Origin: Octopus vulgaris
Lineage: Eukaryota
Length of the DNA: 64,000 bases
Assembly: GCA_951406725.2 (NCBI GenBank)
Contig: OX597823.1
Span: forward strand, 64,170,001 to 64,234,000
Reading direction: 5' to 3'
In this document: in pieces, positions 28,520 through 43,016 of the stretch
Layout: each line of letters opens with the position of its first letter
Position numbering within the stretch: position 1 is the stretch's first letter
The notes under the pieces: model-generated
Told to the model about the DNA's origin: nothing
Seen by the model: only the letters and a program-made list of their open reading frames with translations
The model's database searches: none
Translations under genes and position numbers: made by a program

Positions 28520-28705
28520 CCCTTTAGCATTCAGGTTATTCTGAATTAATCCTGCATTTTCTTGTAGCTTTGACGTTTAATAATGTGATTGTTTATGATT
28601 TGAATGACATTGTAGAGTATGTGTAAGAGGCCAGATCTGGCCAGTTTGAACATAAAACAAGCTGAACATTTTGGGCCAGATATGATTGGTTTAAATGCTA
28701 AAGGG
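28520..28705. mobile_element. piggyBac-type MITE; related partial copies at about 3975-4250
   Basis: ttaa|ccctttagcatt ... aatgctaaaggg|ttaa. Confidence 0.85.
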
Positions 28706-29137
28706 TTAAATCTTAACAGGCAGGACTACTCAACTCTGAGTCTTATGTCACCATTATGGGTGGTATATAATATCGGTTTCTTTATTACCCACAAGTGGCT
28801 AAACATAGAGGGGACAAAGAAGGACAGACAAACGGATTAAGTCAATTACATCGACCCCAGTGCGTAACTGGTACTTAATTTATCGACCCCAAAAGGATGA
28901 AAGGCAAAGTCGACCTCGGCGGAATTTGAACTCAGAACGTAACGATAGACGAAATACGGCTATGCATTTCGCCTGGCGTGCTAACATCTCTGCCAGCTCG
29001 CCTGAAATTCTACATGCTATAGCCACATTGTGGAATTAATGTAGGATCCATTTTCTCAAGGTGTTAAGTTCAAATCCTCCTGTATTATTTTTGTGTCCTA
29101 TCTTGGAAAATCTATTTTTTTAAAAAGGATATCCTAT

Positions 29138-29307
29138 AGGCGTAAGTGTGGCTGTGTGGTAAGTAGCTTGCTTACCAACCACATGGTTCTGGGTTCAGTC
29201 CTACTCCGTGGCACCTTGGGTAAGTGTCTTCAACTATAGCCTCGGACTGACTAAAGCCTTGTGAGTGGATTTGGTAGACGGAAACTGAAAGAAGCCCATC
29301 GTATAAA

Positions 29308-29355
<48 letters not shown>

Positions 29356-29590
29356 CATGTGTGTGTATATGTTTTTGTGTCTGTGTTTGTCCACCCAACA
29401 TCGCTTGATAACCGATGCTGGTGTGTTTACAGCTCCGTAATTTAGCGATTTGGCAAAAGAGACCAATAGAATAAGTACTACACTTACAAAGAATAAGTCG
29501 TGGGGTCGATTTGCTCGACTAAAGCCGGTGCTACAGCATGGCCACAATCAAATGACTGAAACAAGTAAAAGAGTAAAAGAGAGTAAAGAG
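29138..29590 (+). mobile_element. SINE family A, full length
   Basis: Same head, body and tail as the 20477 copy. Confidence 0.9.
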
Positions 29591-30548
29591 TATGGAAACT
29601 AAAAATAAGCCCCAAGCCCTACTGTGATCTTAGTTATTTGGGAATTGATTAGATTGTTTGTTTTTAACTCAGTTTAGACAGATGACTGCAACAAGTGTTG
29701 ATTTTGGTGGGTAGCATCATTGCACTTTACATTCTGAGTTCAAATCACACTGAGATCAATTTTGCATTTTGTCACTTTTGGATTCTACAAAATAATCATC
29801 CACGTTTAAGTGGGTATAAAGATTACCTCCTGGTATTAATACTGTCTCTATTACTAATATACATTTTTTAACAAGCTCACTGTTTAATCGCAACACCAGT
29901 CTCTGTTATTCTATACATCACTGGCAGGGAGATGAGTCTCTGCTATCTCTAGCAGTTGAGTGTCCATCATTTACAAGACCAAAGAAGGTCGAAATCACGT
30001 AATCTGGTGAACTTGGTGCTGGAGGTGGCTGGGATTTATCTCCACCCTAATAATATAAACAAAGTGCATTTTTGCATGAAAAGGGAGTTTCTCTCTTGGT
30101 ATTTACTGCAGTATAGTTTGTTCTAACAGAACGTCCATGTTTAACTGGGGATAAATTTTACCTCTCTGTATAAATATTGCCTCTGTCATTCATATATACG
30201 GAGGAGTAGAATAATGAATGAAATAAGAAACAAGAAAACTTCTAAAAATGCAAGGAGTTTAAAAAAAAAAAGCATATATTTTTGGATGCAAAAGCCTTTC
30301 ATGAGAAGAATATAGTCAAAGAAATGTATAGTTACACAGATTCTGATGTATTGGATAGTCTGGTGCTTGTGTTAGTAGCAGCAGCTCCCCAAGTGCGGGT
30401 GTAGTTGGTGCTGTAGAGGTCACACTGGGGACGGTGGTGATAGGGACTTGCTACATTATTAGATGTTTAATGACTGAAACAAGCAGTGCACAAATACACA
30501 TACACACATGGTATGCATGGGTGACTGCTGGTCTTCCATAAAAAACCT

Positions 30549-30768
30549 AGTTCTTTACTACCCACAAGGGCCTAAACACAGAGGGGACAAACAAGGACAG
30601 ACAAACGAATTAAGTTGATTACATCGACCTCAGTGCGTAACTGGTACTTAATTTATCGACCCCGAAAGGATGAAAGGCAAAGTCGACCTTGACGGAATTT
30701 GAACTCAGAACGTAACGGCAGATGAAATACGGCTACGCATTTTGCCCGGCGTGCTAACGTTTCTGCCA
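30549..30768 (-). mobile_element. SINE family B inserted into another SINE's tail, with 19-bp TSD
   Basis: ggtcttccataaaMaacct at 30530-30548 and 30769-30787 (one mismatch). Confidence 0.85.
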
Positions 30769-31159
30769 GGTCTTCCATAAACAACCTTGCCCGGACTCAT
30801 GCTTTGGAGGATAACTTTCTAGATGCAATCCCATGGTCTATCGTGATCAAAAGGTTCTTTATCCTTTACCCTTCATTACTTTTCATTTCATCCATTAGTC
30901 TACTTCTGTATTACAATGCTTCAAGCAAACTTCAATGCTCTTCTAATGTACTGGAGTGTTTTGATGTATTTGAATGTTTTCTTAGCCCCAATTTTGAAAC
31001 CTTGTGCGTTATATAAGAAGTCAATATTAAAGAGTCATTTTTAAGTTGGATGCTTAAATGGAGTGTACATGTCTTCTTCCTACTTGGAACCATCTCTATT
31101 AGAAATAGAAACTATCAAAGCTATGTAAGCATGTGAAAAAAACTAATGTAAAAATGAAG

Positions 31160-31618
31160 ATGACAATGACAACGATGATGATGATGATGTTGTTGGTGGT
31201 GGTGGTGGTGATGGTGGTAGTGGTGTTGGTGGTGGTAATGGTGTTGGTGGTGGTAGTGGTGATGAAGAAGAAGAAGGAGGAGGAGGGGGAGGAGGAGGAG
31301 GAGAAGAAGAAAAAGAAGAAGAAAAAGAAGAAGAAGAAGAAGAAGAAGAAGAAGAAGAAGAAGAAGAAGAAGAAGAAGAAGAAGAAGAAGAAGAAGAAGA
31401 AGAAAGAAGAAGAAGAAGAAGAAGAAGAAGAAGAAGAAGAAGAAGAAGAAGAAGAAGAAGAAGAAGAAGAAGAAGAAGAAGAAGAAGAAGAAGAAGAAGA
31501 AAAAGAAAAAGAAAAAGAAGAAGAAGAAGAAGAAGAAAAAGAAGAAGAAGAAGAAGAAGAAGAAGAAGAAGAAGAAGAAGAAGAAGAAGAAGAAGAAGAA
31601 GAAGGCGGCGGCGGCGGC
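31160..31618. repeat. Compound (GAT)/(GGT)/(GAA)n microsatellite with about 340 bp of near-pure GAA
   Basis: Direct reading. Source of the poly-K/E/F/L ORFs. Confidence 0.95.
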
Positions 31619-34600
31619 TGACAATGAAGATGACGCTGATGATTATTTCAATTGATTTCCAAACTGGTAGCACACTTTAGAGCAGATATAAATATTTTGA
31701 CATGTTTTGTACATGAAATAAAATAAATGTACAAAGATACATCATTTATATATCTTGGTTGACAAATCATAATTAATTTAATCTGCAGAACATTATTAAG
31801 CACTTCTCTATTCAATAAATAAAGCAAACTTTTCAAGTTCAGTTTATGTTTTCCTTTCTCATATTTTAAAAATGCAATGAAATTATTTTTGCGGCACAAA
31901 CAGTTATATCTTACTGCACAGCATTTGTGTGTTGCAAAATGCAATTTAGAAATCATTGCTTGACAGAACCATAACAGTATTCATGCTTCGGAAAAGATGA
32001 GCATTTGTATTGGATTATGCCACCTTGTTATCTAAAACCACAGTACCACATCAGTCTCACCAGGCCTTTCGTCTTTTACTTGCTGGGTCCGGAGGAAGAG
32101 GTGATGCCCATGGCCTTTGCAGGGTCTTCTAGATTGGTGATAATGATACTGCTAATGTTCTTTTGCACAGCTGTGTGGTAAGAAGTTTGCTCCCCAACCA
32201 CATGGTTACAGGTTCAGTCCCACAGCAGAATTTGAACTCAGAACGTAGCGGCAGACGAAATACCGCTAAGCATTTCACCTGGCGTGCTAACAATTCTGCC
32301 AGCTCACCGCCTTCAGCAAGAGTTATGATAGGAAAAGAGATGAGTGGGACAGAAATACCATAGTAGAGGCAGCATGAGCCTAATCAGCTCCAAGGAGCAG
32401 AGACCTTTGTGCTGGTGATTAGAAAAGAGCTGGAACCCTGTTTATATTTTCTCTGGATAATTAATAAAAAATAATAATACATAAATAAATAATAACTCTA
32501 CATATTGATCCTTGCATATTTTTGATTCAGGAGAGATTAGTTGCTGTTATTTATGACTGGAGCGACCTATTGATTTCAGCCATCTGTGAAGGTTTGTAAA
32601 GGTCTTGGATGCTGTCCCACCTTCTCTGGTAAATTAATTAGGAAAAAATAATACTACAACAAAAAAAAAAAAACGGGAAATTTATCTATTCTTATGTACT
32701 TTTTTGTGATGAAAGCATAAAGATAAACAAACAAAAAGAAAACAAAATAACAAAGCTAAAATCAAAAGTCTTTTGTTTTATTTTGGGGGAGGTATAAATC
32801 AGTTTACATCTTTGTTTGTTCGTGTGTTGTGTGTGTGTGTGAGCATGCATGTGTATGTGTGTGTGTGAGCATGCATATGTGTGTGTGTGAGCATGCATGT
32901 GTATGTGTGTGTGTGAGCATGCATGTGTGTGTGTGTGAGCATGCACGTGTGTTTGTGTGAGCATGCATGTGTGTGTGTGTGAGTCTGCATGTGTGTGTGT
33001 GTGAGCATGCATGTGTGTGTGTGAGCATGTGTGTGTGTGTGTGAGCATGTGTGTGTGAGCGCACACACACTACAATAAACTAAACCAGCCATCATTTGTG
33101 AGCAAGTATGGTTTGGCAATAGGTGCCATATTTTTCCTCATTGTCACAAGTGCCTAGGTAGTCCATGATCAGACACAGACCCCCTTGATATAGTGGCTCG
33201 TCCAGTATGGGATAAGTGGAAAGCGGAAGGGAGGGCGCCATACTAGCTCTTGGCTTGTACTTGCTATTTCTTACTCAGTAAAGCTAAGGAGGCTGGAGAA
33301 ATGTGAAGCAAAATGCTTTGGGCAAAGACGCAATGTGCTGTAACAGTCTAGAAACTGAACTTGCTATCTTTTGATCATGATCTGAATAACTTACCCACTA
33401 AGCCACTAGTATGGGTGTAAAGTTTTTGTTCAAGAAATAGCAATATCTTTTAATAGTTAGATACCATTTCTACTGCGTAATAGTAGATTGCCAGCTGTGA
33501 ATGGGTAACGAAAACAGTTTGTCATTCAGGTCAATTGAACCAAGAAAAGTTATGTGTCTTGCCCACTGATACAAAACGTTATTTATTCATAAACATTAAT
33601 ATTGTTTGCACTGCTCATGAGAAATTACTCAGCAGTTTATGGCATCAAATATTTCTCTTCACTCCAGAAATGTGTCTCACACTTGATGTTATTTAATGAA
33701 TGACTTTGACACCTGCCAAAAATGTTAAACTAAAATCTTTAGCATTCGTCACTTGATAAAACAAAAATGCTATTTCGGAACCACTATTTCTCTTCTAATT
33801 GGCATGATATACCATCTCTTCTTTGCTTAGTTGATTTTGGTAGAGTTGCTGAAGGAGAAATTTATATAAAATGATTGAGAACTTTGACTTGGTTCCGGTT
33901 GTTGCAGCTGAGAAATCTTGACAGCTTTGTGAGTTTTAATATTTGAAGACAGCTGAAGGTGATGGTATTACAGAAATAGCACAGCTTTGAATTAAAATGA
34001 TTTACAGAATTCAGTTCCATTTCTGTGTGTTTGTGTTTAAAACATTGCTGAGCTCCTCTTCATCATTTACAGGGTTTGCTATTGCTATTGTTGTTGTTGT
34101 TGTTGTTGCTGTTGTTTGGCCCCAGGTCAGCTCTAAATGAACATGTGTAGGTTCAAAGGAAATCCAAATGTAAACCTTTTTATAAAGTGCCTTTTCATTA
34201 AGATGGTATGTAGGGTGTAGTGTGCGGGAGATTTAGTTACTATTTCTAGTAGGTCTGAATAGAAACTTTCTTGTTTGTTGTGTATTTTCCCCCTTGCTCA
34301 TTATCAAATAATCTGTTACTCTCTCCTTACATTCTTATGAAACTACCCACCCTCCCCTTCCTCTTCCCTGCTAATTCACATATCTTTGCTTTGCTCACCT
34401 TCTTGTACCTTGAGAATTTGCTCTGTCACCTTACTAACATTTTCTTCCTGGTTACTATTAGTCACTCATATACAATGCCATGTGCCTCCCCTGCAGCAAG
34501 ACGCCTACACTTGTCCCTCTGTCATACCATTGCCTCTCTGTTCCTGGCATAAAAGCACCTTTCCTTTTGAATACCAGTAGAGACGTGTAGCTTAGTGGTT

Positions 34601-34739
34601 AAGGTGTTGGGCACATGATTGTAAGATTGTGGTTTCAATTTCTGTATTGGGTGACGTGTTGTGTTCTTGAGCAAAACACTTTATCCCATGTTGTTCCAGT
34701 CCATTCAGCTGACAAAAGGGATTAATCCTGTTATGGACT

Positions 34740-35250
34740 GATACTTATTTTATCAACCCTGAAACGATGAAAGGCAAAGTTAACCTCTGCAGAATTTGAA
34801 CTCAGAACGTAAAGATGGACAAAATACTGTTAAGCAGGAGTGGCTGTGTGGTAAGTAGCTTGCTTACCAACCACATGGTTTCGGGTTCAGTCCCACTGTA
34901 TGGCACCTTGGGCAAGTTTCTTCTACTATAGCCTCGGGCTTACCAAAGCCTTGTGAGTGGATTTGGTAGATGGAAACTGAAAGAAGCCTGATGTATATAA
35001 ATATACATATATATATATGTATATGTTTGTGTGTCTGTGTTTGTCCCCACCCCATCATCCCTTGACAACCAATGTTGATGTGTTTATGTCCCTGTAACTT
35101 AGCAGTTTTGCAAAAGAGACTGATAGAATAAGTAGTAGGTTTAGAAAGAATGAGTCCTGGGGTTGATTTGTTTGACTAAAGGCAGTGCTCCAGCATGGCT
35201 GCAATCAAAAGCATTTTGCCTGGCATGCTAATGATGCTGCCAGCTCACCG
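34740..35250 (-). mobile_element. SINE family B interrupted by a + strand family A copy (about 34835-35210)
   Basis: Family B breaks at ctgttaagca and resumes at aagcattttgcctggc. Confidence 0.8.
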
Positions 35251-35401
35251 ACGATGGGGATGATGATGATTATGTGAGTTTCTTCTACGTCACAAGAGAT
35301 GGATCTCAATGTGTTGTGTTTGAGTTGCATGCAGCTGTGTCTTTTATGTACTGTGTGACTGCTGTTATGTGTTCAGGTGTCAGATGCTGTTTTTTGCAGA
35401 A

Positions 35402-36275
35402 CAGGGGTCCTCAACTAGTGGGCTATGGACCAGATCCAGGCCATGAATCATTTGGAACTGGATCACACAGAAACAATAGTTTTGTTTCAGTTTTATTGAC
35501 TATCACAGTCTGCAGGGTGATTTTGGGCCTCACTGAGGCAATGACTAGCGACTGAGACCTTTGGAGATATGCAATGCTTGAGAAGACCTGGCAAGCTAAG
35601 TGAGATCATAGCTATGGCCTATGCCGGTGTCACATAATAGGCTCATTTAAAAGTTCCCTTGAATCGTTTGGCAATGTGCTATGCTTGAGAAGACCTATTG
35701 AGTCAAGTAAAATCGCTGTCGTGGCCGATGCTCATATTGCCTGATAGGTACCCATGCCTGTGACATGTAAAAGGCACTATTTGAGCATGGCCGATGCCAG
35801 TACTGCCTGACTGAAACCTGTGCTGGTGGCATGTAAAAAGCACTATTCAAACATGGTCAATGCCAGTGCTGCCTGACTGGCCCCCGTGCTGTTGGCATGT
35901 AAAAAGCACCCACTATACTCTCAGAGTGGTTGGCATTAGGAAGGGTATCCAGCTGTAGAAACCTTGCCAGATCAGATTGGAGCCTGGTGCAGCCTCCTGG
36001 CTTGCCAGTCCTCAGGCAGACCGTCCAACCCATACCAGCATAGAAAGTGGACGTTAAACGATGATGATTCTTTTATTCTTTTATTCCTTTACTTGTTTCA
36101 GTCATTTGACTGTGGCTATGCTCAGTCAAAGAAATCAACCCCAGGACTTATTCTTAGTAAGCCACGTACTTATTTTATCGGTCTCTTTTGCCAAAGCACT
36201 GAGTTATGGGGACATAAACACACTGCACACACACACACAAACATACATATATGTTCTTACGTGATGTTGGGGGGA

Positions 36276-36326
<51 letters not shown>

Positions 36327-36476
36327 GAAGGGCTTCTTTCACTTTCTGTCAACGAAATCCACTTACAAGGTTTTGGTCAGCCCGAAGTTATTGTAGAAGA
36401 CACTTGCCCAAGGTGCCATGCAGTGAGACTGAACCCAGAACTATGTGACTAGGAAACAGGCATCTTACCACACAGC

Positions 36477-36507
<31 letters not shown>

Positions 36508-36633
36508 AATATATGTAATAATTGAATTATATAATATGCACTTTGTGTTTTGTTATGCATGTGATCCCTTAGTCTATGGAAAAATTGTCTTGTATGAAAC
36601 AAGTCCCTGATGCAAAAAATAGTTGGGGACTGT
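35402..36633. mobile_element. hAT/Charlie-like MITE ends split by nested retroposons
   Basis: Left caggggtcctcaac; right atggaaaaattgtct..gtccctgatgcaaaaaatagttggggactg. An RTE-tail element (about 35520-36065, +) and a family A SINE (about 36067-36480, -) lie inside. Confidence 0.55.
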
Positions 36634-37419
36634 TGGCATAGAATATGTGTTGGATGGGACATGTCTGGAATGTGAGATGTCTGGAAACACCCTCTGCCAT
36701 ATATCTTCAAACACCAAAGGACATACTCAACTGGATAAGGTCAAACAATTGACAAGCAAATCTGTTGTATTGAGCAGAATATTTGCTGTAGCCCATCTTT
36801 TACACCTAAACAAAACATGTAAATGACAACAATTCCAATCAGTTAAGACTATAAGCCATGTGAGCCAGTGCCTGGCAATGCATCAGGGCATTTATTATTT
36901 ATTCTTTTTATCTCAGTTTTTGTTAGAACTCCTGGAGTTTTGCATGTCTAGTGGGCTCACTGCCTGCAGCCTACTGTACCATGCTATCTGTTCTTTTCAA
37001 CTATTTAATATTTTCATGATTATAAATCAGTGAGCTGGCAGAAACATTAGCATGCTGGTTGAAATGCTTAGTGGTATTCCATCTGTCTTTACGTTCTGAG
37101 TTTAAACTCTGCTGAGGTCAACTTTACCTTTCATCCTTTCGGGGTCGATTAAATAAGTACTAGTTACGCACTGGGGTCGATATAATTGACTTAATCCGTT
37201 TGTCTATCTTTGTTTGTCCCTTCTGTGTTTAGCCCCTGTGGGTAGTAAAGAAATAGGTATTTCATTTGACTTTATGTTCTGAGTTTAAATTCTGCCAAGG
37301 TTGATTTTGCCTTTCATCCTTTTGAGGTCAATAAATTAAGTACCAGTTGCATACTGGGGTCGGTCTAATTGACTGCCCCCTTCCCCAAAATTTCAGATCT
37401 TGTGTCTAGAGTAGAAAAG

Positions 37420-37890
37420 AATACTTTCATGATTATTTTGGCCATGCCAAGGATGTAAACCTTTTGTAACAGTTCTACTGGGCACTTTATTTCGACTTCC
37501 TTCATATTCCTCTTGATACCTTCTGATACTATCCCCAAGGAACCGACAATAATTGGCACTATTTTTACCTTCTTCATTCTCCATAGCTGGGCTTTTTCGT
37601 ACTTAAGAGGAGTGTATATATCTATTTCATCCTCTTTCTTCTTGGCTATTCCTGGGTCAAAGGGGCATGCAACATTAACTACATAGCACATGTGGTGCAT
37701 CTTGTCCACCACCACTAGGTCTGGTCTGTTATGCTCTAGTACCTGATCTGTTTGGATTCGGAAATCCCAGAGAATTTTACTAGTTTCCAACTCTGCCACT
37801 CTCTGCAGTTTGTGCTCATACCATGTCTTGCTTCTTTCTAGTGCCCACTTTTCACACAGTTTCCAAGGCAGTACTTTCACTAGCTCATTA
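37420..37890 (-). mobile_element. R4/Dong/NeSL-type LINE fragment (restriction-like endonuclease)
   Basis: KILWDFRIQTDQVLEHNRPDLVVVDK...VACPFD...Y..LKYE...VPIIVGSLG. Confidence 0.85.
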
Positions 37891-38171
37891 TTGTTGTTGT
37901 TGTTGTTGTTGCTGAGGCTGCCATCTGGCAAAAAACATTAGCATACCAGGCAAAATACTTTGTAACATTTTGTCTGTCCTTACATACCAAGTTCAAATTC
38001 CCCCAAGGTTGACTTTGCCTTTCATCCTTTCGGGGATCAATAAATTAAGTACCAGATTAGTACTGGGGTTGATGTAATCATCTATCTCCCTCCCTCCCAC
38101 CAAATTGCTAGCCTTGTGCCAATATTTGAAACCATCATTATTGTTTCTGCTGTTGCTATTGTTGTTAGCTC

Positions 38172-38234
<63 letters not shown>

Positions 38235-38531
38235 TGTAGCTGTGTTATTTAAAGTTAACAAGAGTACACAATACACAATAAGAGAATGAAATTAATTTGA
38301 CTTTAGAATGCCGGGCTAAGTACTCATGCCACAGACTTCGATCTAGAGCACTTGTAATTGTCTGTGTGTCCCTTGTTACAATGCCAAAATCTTAGGTAAG
38401 TTTTTGTATGAGTTTCTTTGTCTTTTTTTTTATAAAATTTTGTTTTCTTTTTGTTTTTCTCCACTTTGGAAATAACAAAGAATGTAACCCCCTTACAGTG
38501 AGTGAGTTCAGTTTCATTAGTTAAAGAGAAC

Positions 38532-38532
38532 A

Positions 38533-38589
<57 letters not shown>

Positions 38590-38958
38590 CACACACACAT
38601 ACATGTGCACTCGTGCCCGCATGCATACACACATGTCCAGACATACACATATGCATACATGCATACATATACAGGCATACATGCACAAACACATGCATGT
38701 ACGCACAAACCCGCACACGCACTCACAAACGCACACATGCACATACACACAAACACACACATACACATTCATGCACACGCACACACACATATACACATAT
38801 GCACACACTCGCACACACACACACACACATGTGCACACGTGCTCTTGCACGTGCACATACACACACAAACACAAACACACACACACACACACGCGCACAC
38901 ACACAAACACATATGTGCACATGTGCTCTTGCACGTGCACATACACACACAAACACAA

Positions 38959-38991
<33 letters not shown>

Positions 38992-39042
38992 CATAAACAC
39001 ACAGACACGCACACACACAGACACACACACACACAAACATAC
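38532..39042. repeat. CA-rich compound microsatellite; similar tracts at about 19155-19505, 32825-33070, 58010-58160
   Basis: Direct reading. Confidence 0.95.
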
Positions 39043-39770
39043 AACTAATTTGCTGCCAGTTGTTGTTGCTTAGAAAAAGGAAGCGGAAAAAAAAAGACCC
39101 CAACAAAACAAACTTTTATCTTCAAAGAGGACGAGAAACAAACAAAATCGAAGTTATATTTAATTAAAGGATTTTTGTATGGGATGTGATAAGCAAAAAC
39201 CAAAAAAGAAAAAAAGATACAAGACAATAACAAAAAAAACAGAAAAAAATTAAAATAATATAAAATAACATTGTATATTGAGCTCCTGGTCTTCTTGAGC
39301 ACAGACAACACTTTAAATTTTAGTTTTAAATTAAATTAATGTTAGATATTAGAGAGCGAGCCAATAGTATCTAGCGGTGATTGGGTGAGTAGTGATAGGA
39401 GAGGGGGTGATTGTGTGTGTGTGTAGGTGATGTTATGCAATTTTTTTCAATTTGGGGGCAGTTTTTGTTTTGTTTTGTGTATATTTTGATTTATTGTATA
39501 ACATTGTATATAGTAATGTATTTTAAAATACAGTTGCTAAAATTAGCTTCCTCAAGAATGATCAGCGAAAAAAAGAAATGGTTTTTTTTTTTCTTACTGA
39601 AACTGGGACAACTGACAGGACAGGACAGGACAGAATTTGTTGGAGTGACAGAACTGGAATCTAATTCTTGTAGAATCTAATTCCAGTCCTTTGCATTTTG
39701 AGTTTAAATCGTATCAAGGTCAAACTTTGCTGTACATCTTTCTTGTGGGTCATCCTTGTCATTGACATTG

Positions 39771-40129
39771 TCTTCTTCTTCTTCTTCTTCTTCTTCTTCT
39801 TCTTCTTCTTCTTCTTCTCCTTTTTCTTCCCCTTCTTCCTCCCCCTCCTCCTCCTCTTCTTCTTCTTCTCCTTTTTCTTCCCCTTCTTCCTCCCCCTCCT
39901 CCTCCTCCTCTTCTTCTTCTCCTTTTTCTTCCCCTTCTTCCTCCCCCTCCTCCTCCTCCTCTTCTTCTTCTTCTTCTTCTTCTTCTTCTTCTTCTTCTTC
40001 TTCTTCTTCTTCTTTTTCCTCTCCTTTTTCTTCCCCTTCTTCCCCCTCCTCCTCCTCCTCTTCTTCTTCTTCTTCTTCTTCTTCTTCTTCTTCTTCTTCT
40101 TCTTCTTCTTCTTCTTCTTCTTCTTCTTC
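39771..40129. repeat. (TTC)n/(TCC)n array with higher-order unit; probable expanded tail of the adjacent minus-strand family C SINE
   Basis: Direct reading. Abuts the 3' end of the element at 40130. Confidence 0.9.
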
Positions 40130-41618
40130 CAATCAGGACTCACGCCATTAGTCACAAACAATAATCTCTAATTCGAGCCTACTCTAATCTACTAAGGATG
40201 CGTGTGGCAACTTGAAGATCCACCCACCACATGCGATAGACTGGCAGTTGCACGGGCACAAAAGCAATGTTGTTATCCTCATTCCATAAACGGTTGCTTT
40301 TAACAAGTGGAGAGCTGAACCATCCTGGGGTACAGAGGATTCGCAATCTAGACTAGGGTCTGAAAGTTTACCACACCATAGTGGGTTACACCATAGTTCC
40401 TCTGCTTTGTGGAAGAAATAGGAAGAAAGAGCGAGAGAAAGTTGTGGTGAAAGAGTACAGTGGGTTCACCACCATCCCCCGCCGGAGCCTCGTAGAAATT
40501 AGGTGTTTTTGCTCAATAAACACTCACAGTGCCCAGTTTGGAAATTGAAACCAAGTTCTTACGACCGCAAGTCTGCTGCCCTAACCACTGGGCCATTGCG
40601 TCTCCACTGTTGTCGTTGTTGTAGGTGGTGGTGGTGGTGGTGGTGGCATGTGGTGTTGATAAAATAATATATAAGACATGTGCTGGAGTTGATTTGATTG
40701 ACAATATCCCCACCACAAATAACCTTTTGGCCTTGTGCCAATGCTAGAAGTCAATATCACTTTTATATATATATACAAGGCAGTGAGCTGGCAGAATTGT
40801 TAGCATACCAGGCAAAATGCTTAGTGGGCATTTCATCTGTCTTTATGTTCCGAGTTCAAATTCCATCAAAGTTAACTTTGCCTTTCATCCATTTTGGGTC
40901 AATAAAATAAATACCAGTTAAGCACTGGGCTTAATGTAATTGGCTTACTACCCACCTTGAACTTGCTGGTCTTATGCCAAAATTCGAAACCAGATGTCTG
41001 TTTCATCTTCCACATTATCATCTTGTGGAGGCACATGGCTTAGTTGTTAGGGTGTTTGACTCATGTTTCTAAGATTGTGATTTCAATTCCTGCTTTGAGT
41101 GATGTGTTGTGTTCTTGAGTAAAATATTTTGATTCACGTTGTTCCAGTCCACTCAGCTGACAAAAATTAGGAATCATGCAATGAACTGGAATCCCTTCAA
41201 GGTGAGGAATTCATATGCCATAGAAACCAGGAAACTGACCCTTATGAGTTGGTCAGGGAGGTAACTTTTTTTTAACCTCATCATCATCATCATCATATAA
41301 CATCCGCTTTTACATGTTTTACATGGATTGGACGGAATATACTCGAGGCAGATTCTCTACAGCCAGATTCCCATCTAGGTGCCAACCCTCACCTGTTTTC
41401 AAGTAAGGTAATATTACCCCATGAACCAGATATGTTCTCACAGAACACTGGAAAAGAATGATACTGCTTGTATGACAGTGACACTCTTTTACAACTCTCA
41501 TCTGATGTCAAAACAAGGAGACACAAGTACACATATATGCACATCACATACATACATACACATACACAGACACACACTCATGCATGTATGTGCACACACG
41601 TACACACACGCACACACA

Positions 41619-41661
<43 letters not shown>

Positions 41662-41970
41662 ACAAACACACACACACACACATGCACACTGGGATCTGGT
41701 GCAGTTCTCCTGCTTGTCAGCCCTGGTCAAACTGTCTGACCTATGCCAGCATGGAAAATGGACGTTAAAGGATGATGTTGATATAAGATGAGCTTCTTTC
41801 AGTCTCCATCATCCAAATTCACTCACAAAGCTTTAGTCAGCCTGTGACTGTACTAGAAGGCACTTACCCAAGGAACCACAATATGGGACTAAACCTGGAA
41901 CCATGTGGTTGGGGAGCAAACATTTTGCCACACAGCAATACCTGTACCTATGCTGCACCTAAATCTACAA

Positions 41971-42104
<134 letters not shown>

Positions 42105-42529
42105 AGGCGCAATGGCCCAGTGGTTAGGGCAGCGGACTCGCAGTCGTAAGATTGCGGCTTTGATTCCCAGACCGGGCGTTGTGTGTGTTAATTGAGCGAA
42201 AACACCTAAAAGCTCCATGCCACTCCGGCAGGGGGTGGTGATCCCTGCTGTACTCTTTCACCACTCTTTTTCTCACTCTTTCGTCTGTTGGCCTGCTCGC
42301 TTAGCCAATGGGGTGGCATCATTCGAAGGCTAAAACAATGCGAATGCATTGTGACCAGCGATGTGTAGCAACATCTGATGGTCTGGTCGGAAAGAAAAAA
42401 AGAAAGAAATATATATATATATATACACAAGAGGCTTTTTTCAGTTTCCATCTACCAAATCCATTCTCAGAGCTTTAAGAATAAAATCTCTTGATTTCAT
42501 AATTATGGGTTTGTCTAAAATGAATCTTC

Positions 42530-42808
42530 TTTTATCTATTATTTGTTTCAGTCAATTGACTGTGACCGTGCTGGAGCACCGACCCCAGTACTTATTCTTT
42601 GTAAGCCTAGTACTTATTCAATCAGTCTCTTTGCCGAACCGCTAAGTTACGGGGATGTAAACACACCAGCGTCGGTTATCAAGCAATGTCGTGGGGACAA
42701 ACACAGACACAGACGCACACACACACGCACACACACATATACATATATATATATATACATATATACATATATGTATACATATATATATATACATATATAC
42801 ATATATGT

Positions 42809-42855
<47 letters not shown>

Positions 42856-43016
42856 ACAGGCTTCTTCCAGTTTCCGTCTACCAAATCCACTCACAAAGCT
42901 TTGGTTGGCCCAAGGCTATAGGAGAAGACGCTTGCCCAAGGTGCCATGCAGTGGGACTGAACCCAGAACCATGTGGTTTGTAAGCAAGCTACTTACCACA
43001 CAGCCGCACCTGCACC
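42530..43016 (-). mobile_element. SINE family A, about 125 bp upstream of the second exon
   Basis: Full reverse-complement copy with internal microsatellite. Confidence 0.9.

Noticed and set aside
31121-31673. Long low-complexity ORFs (poly-[16 protein letters not shown]) here and throughout
   Set aside because: They are translations of stop-free microsatellites, with no splice or domain support.
33530-33697. Open frame after an acceptor-like tcattcag
   Set aside because: It ends in a stop without a good donor and shows no resemblance to CFAP65 or any domain I recognise.
35560-35915. Regularly spaced tggcatgtaaaaagcac repeats resembling a CRISPR array
   Set aside because: The spacers are similar to one another. 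This is the internal tandem repeat of a retroposon in eukaryotic DNA with no cas genes.
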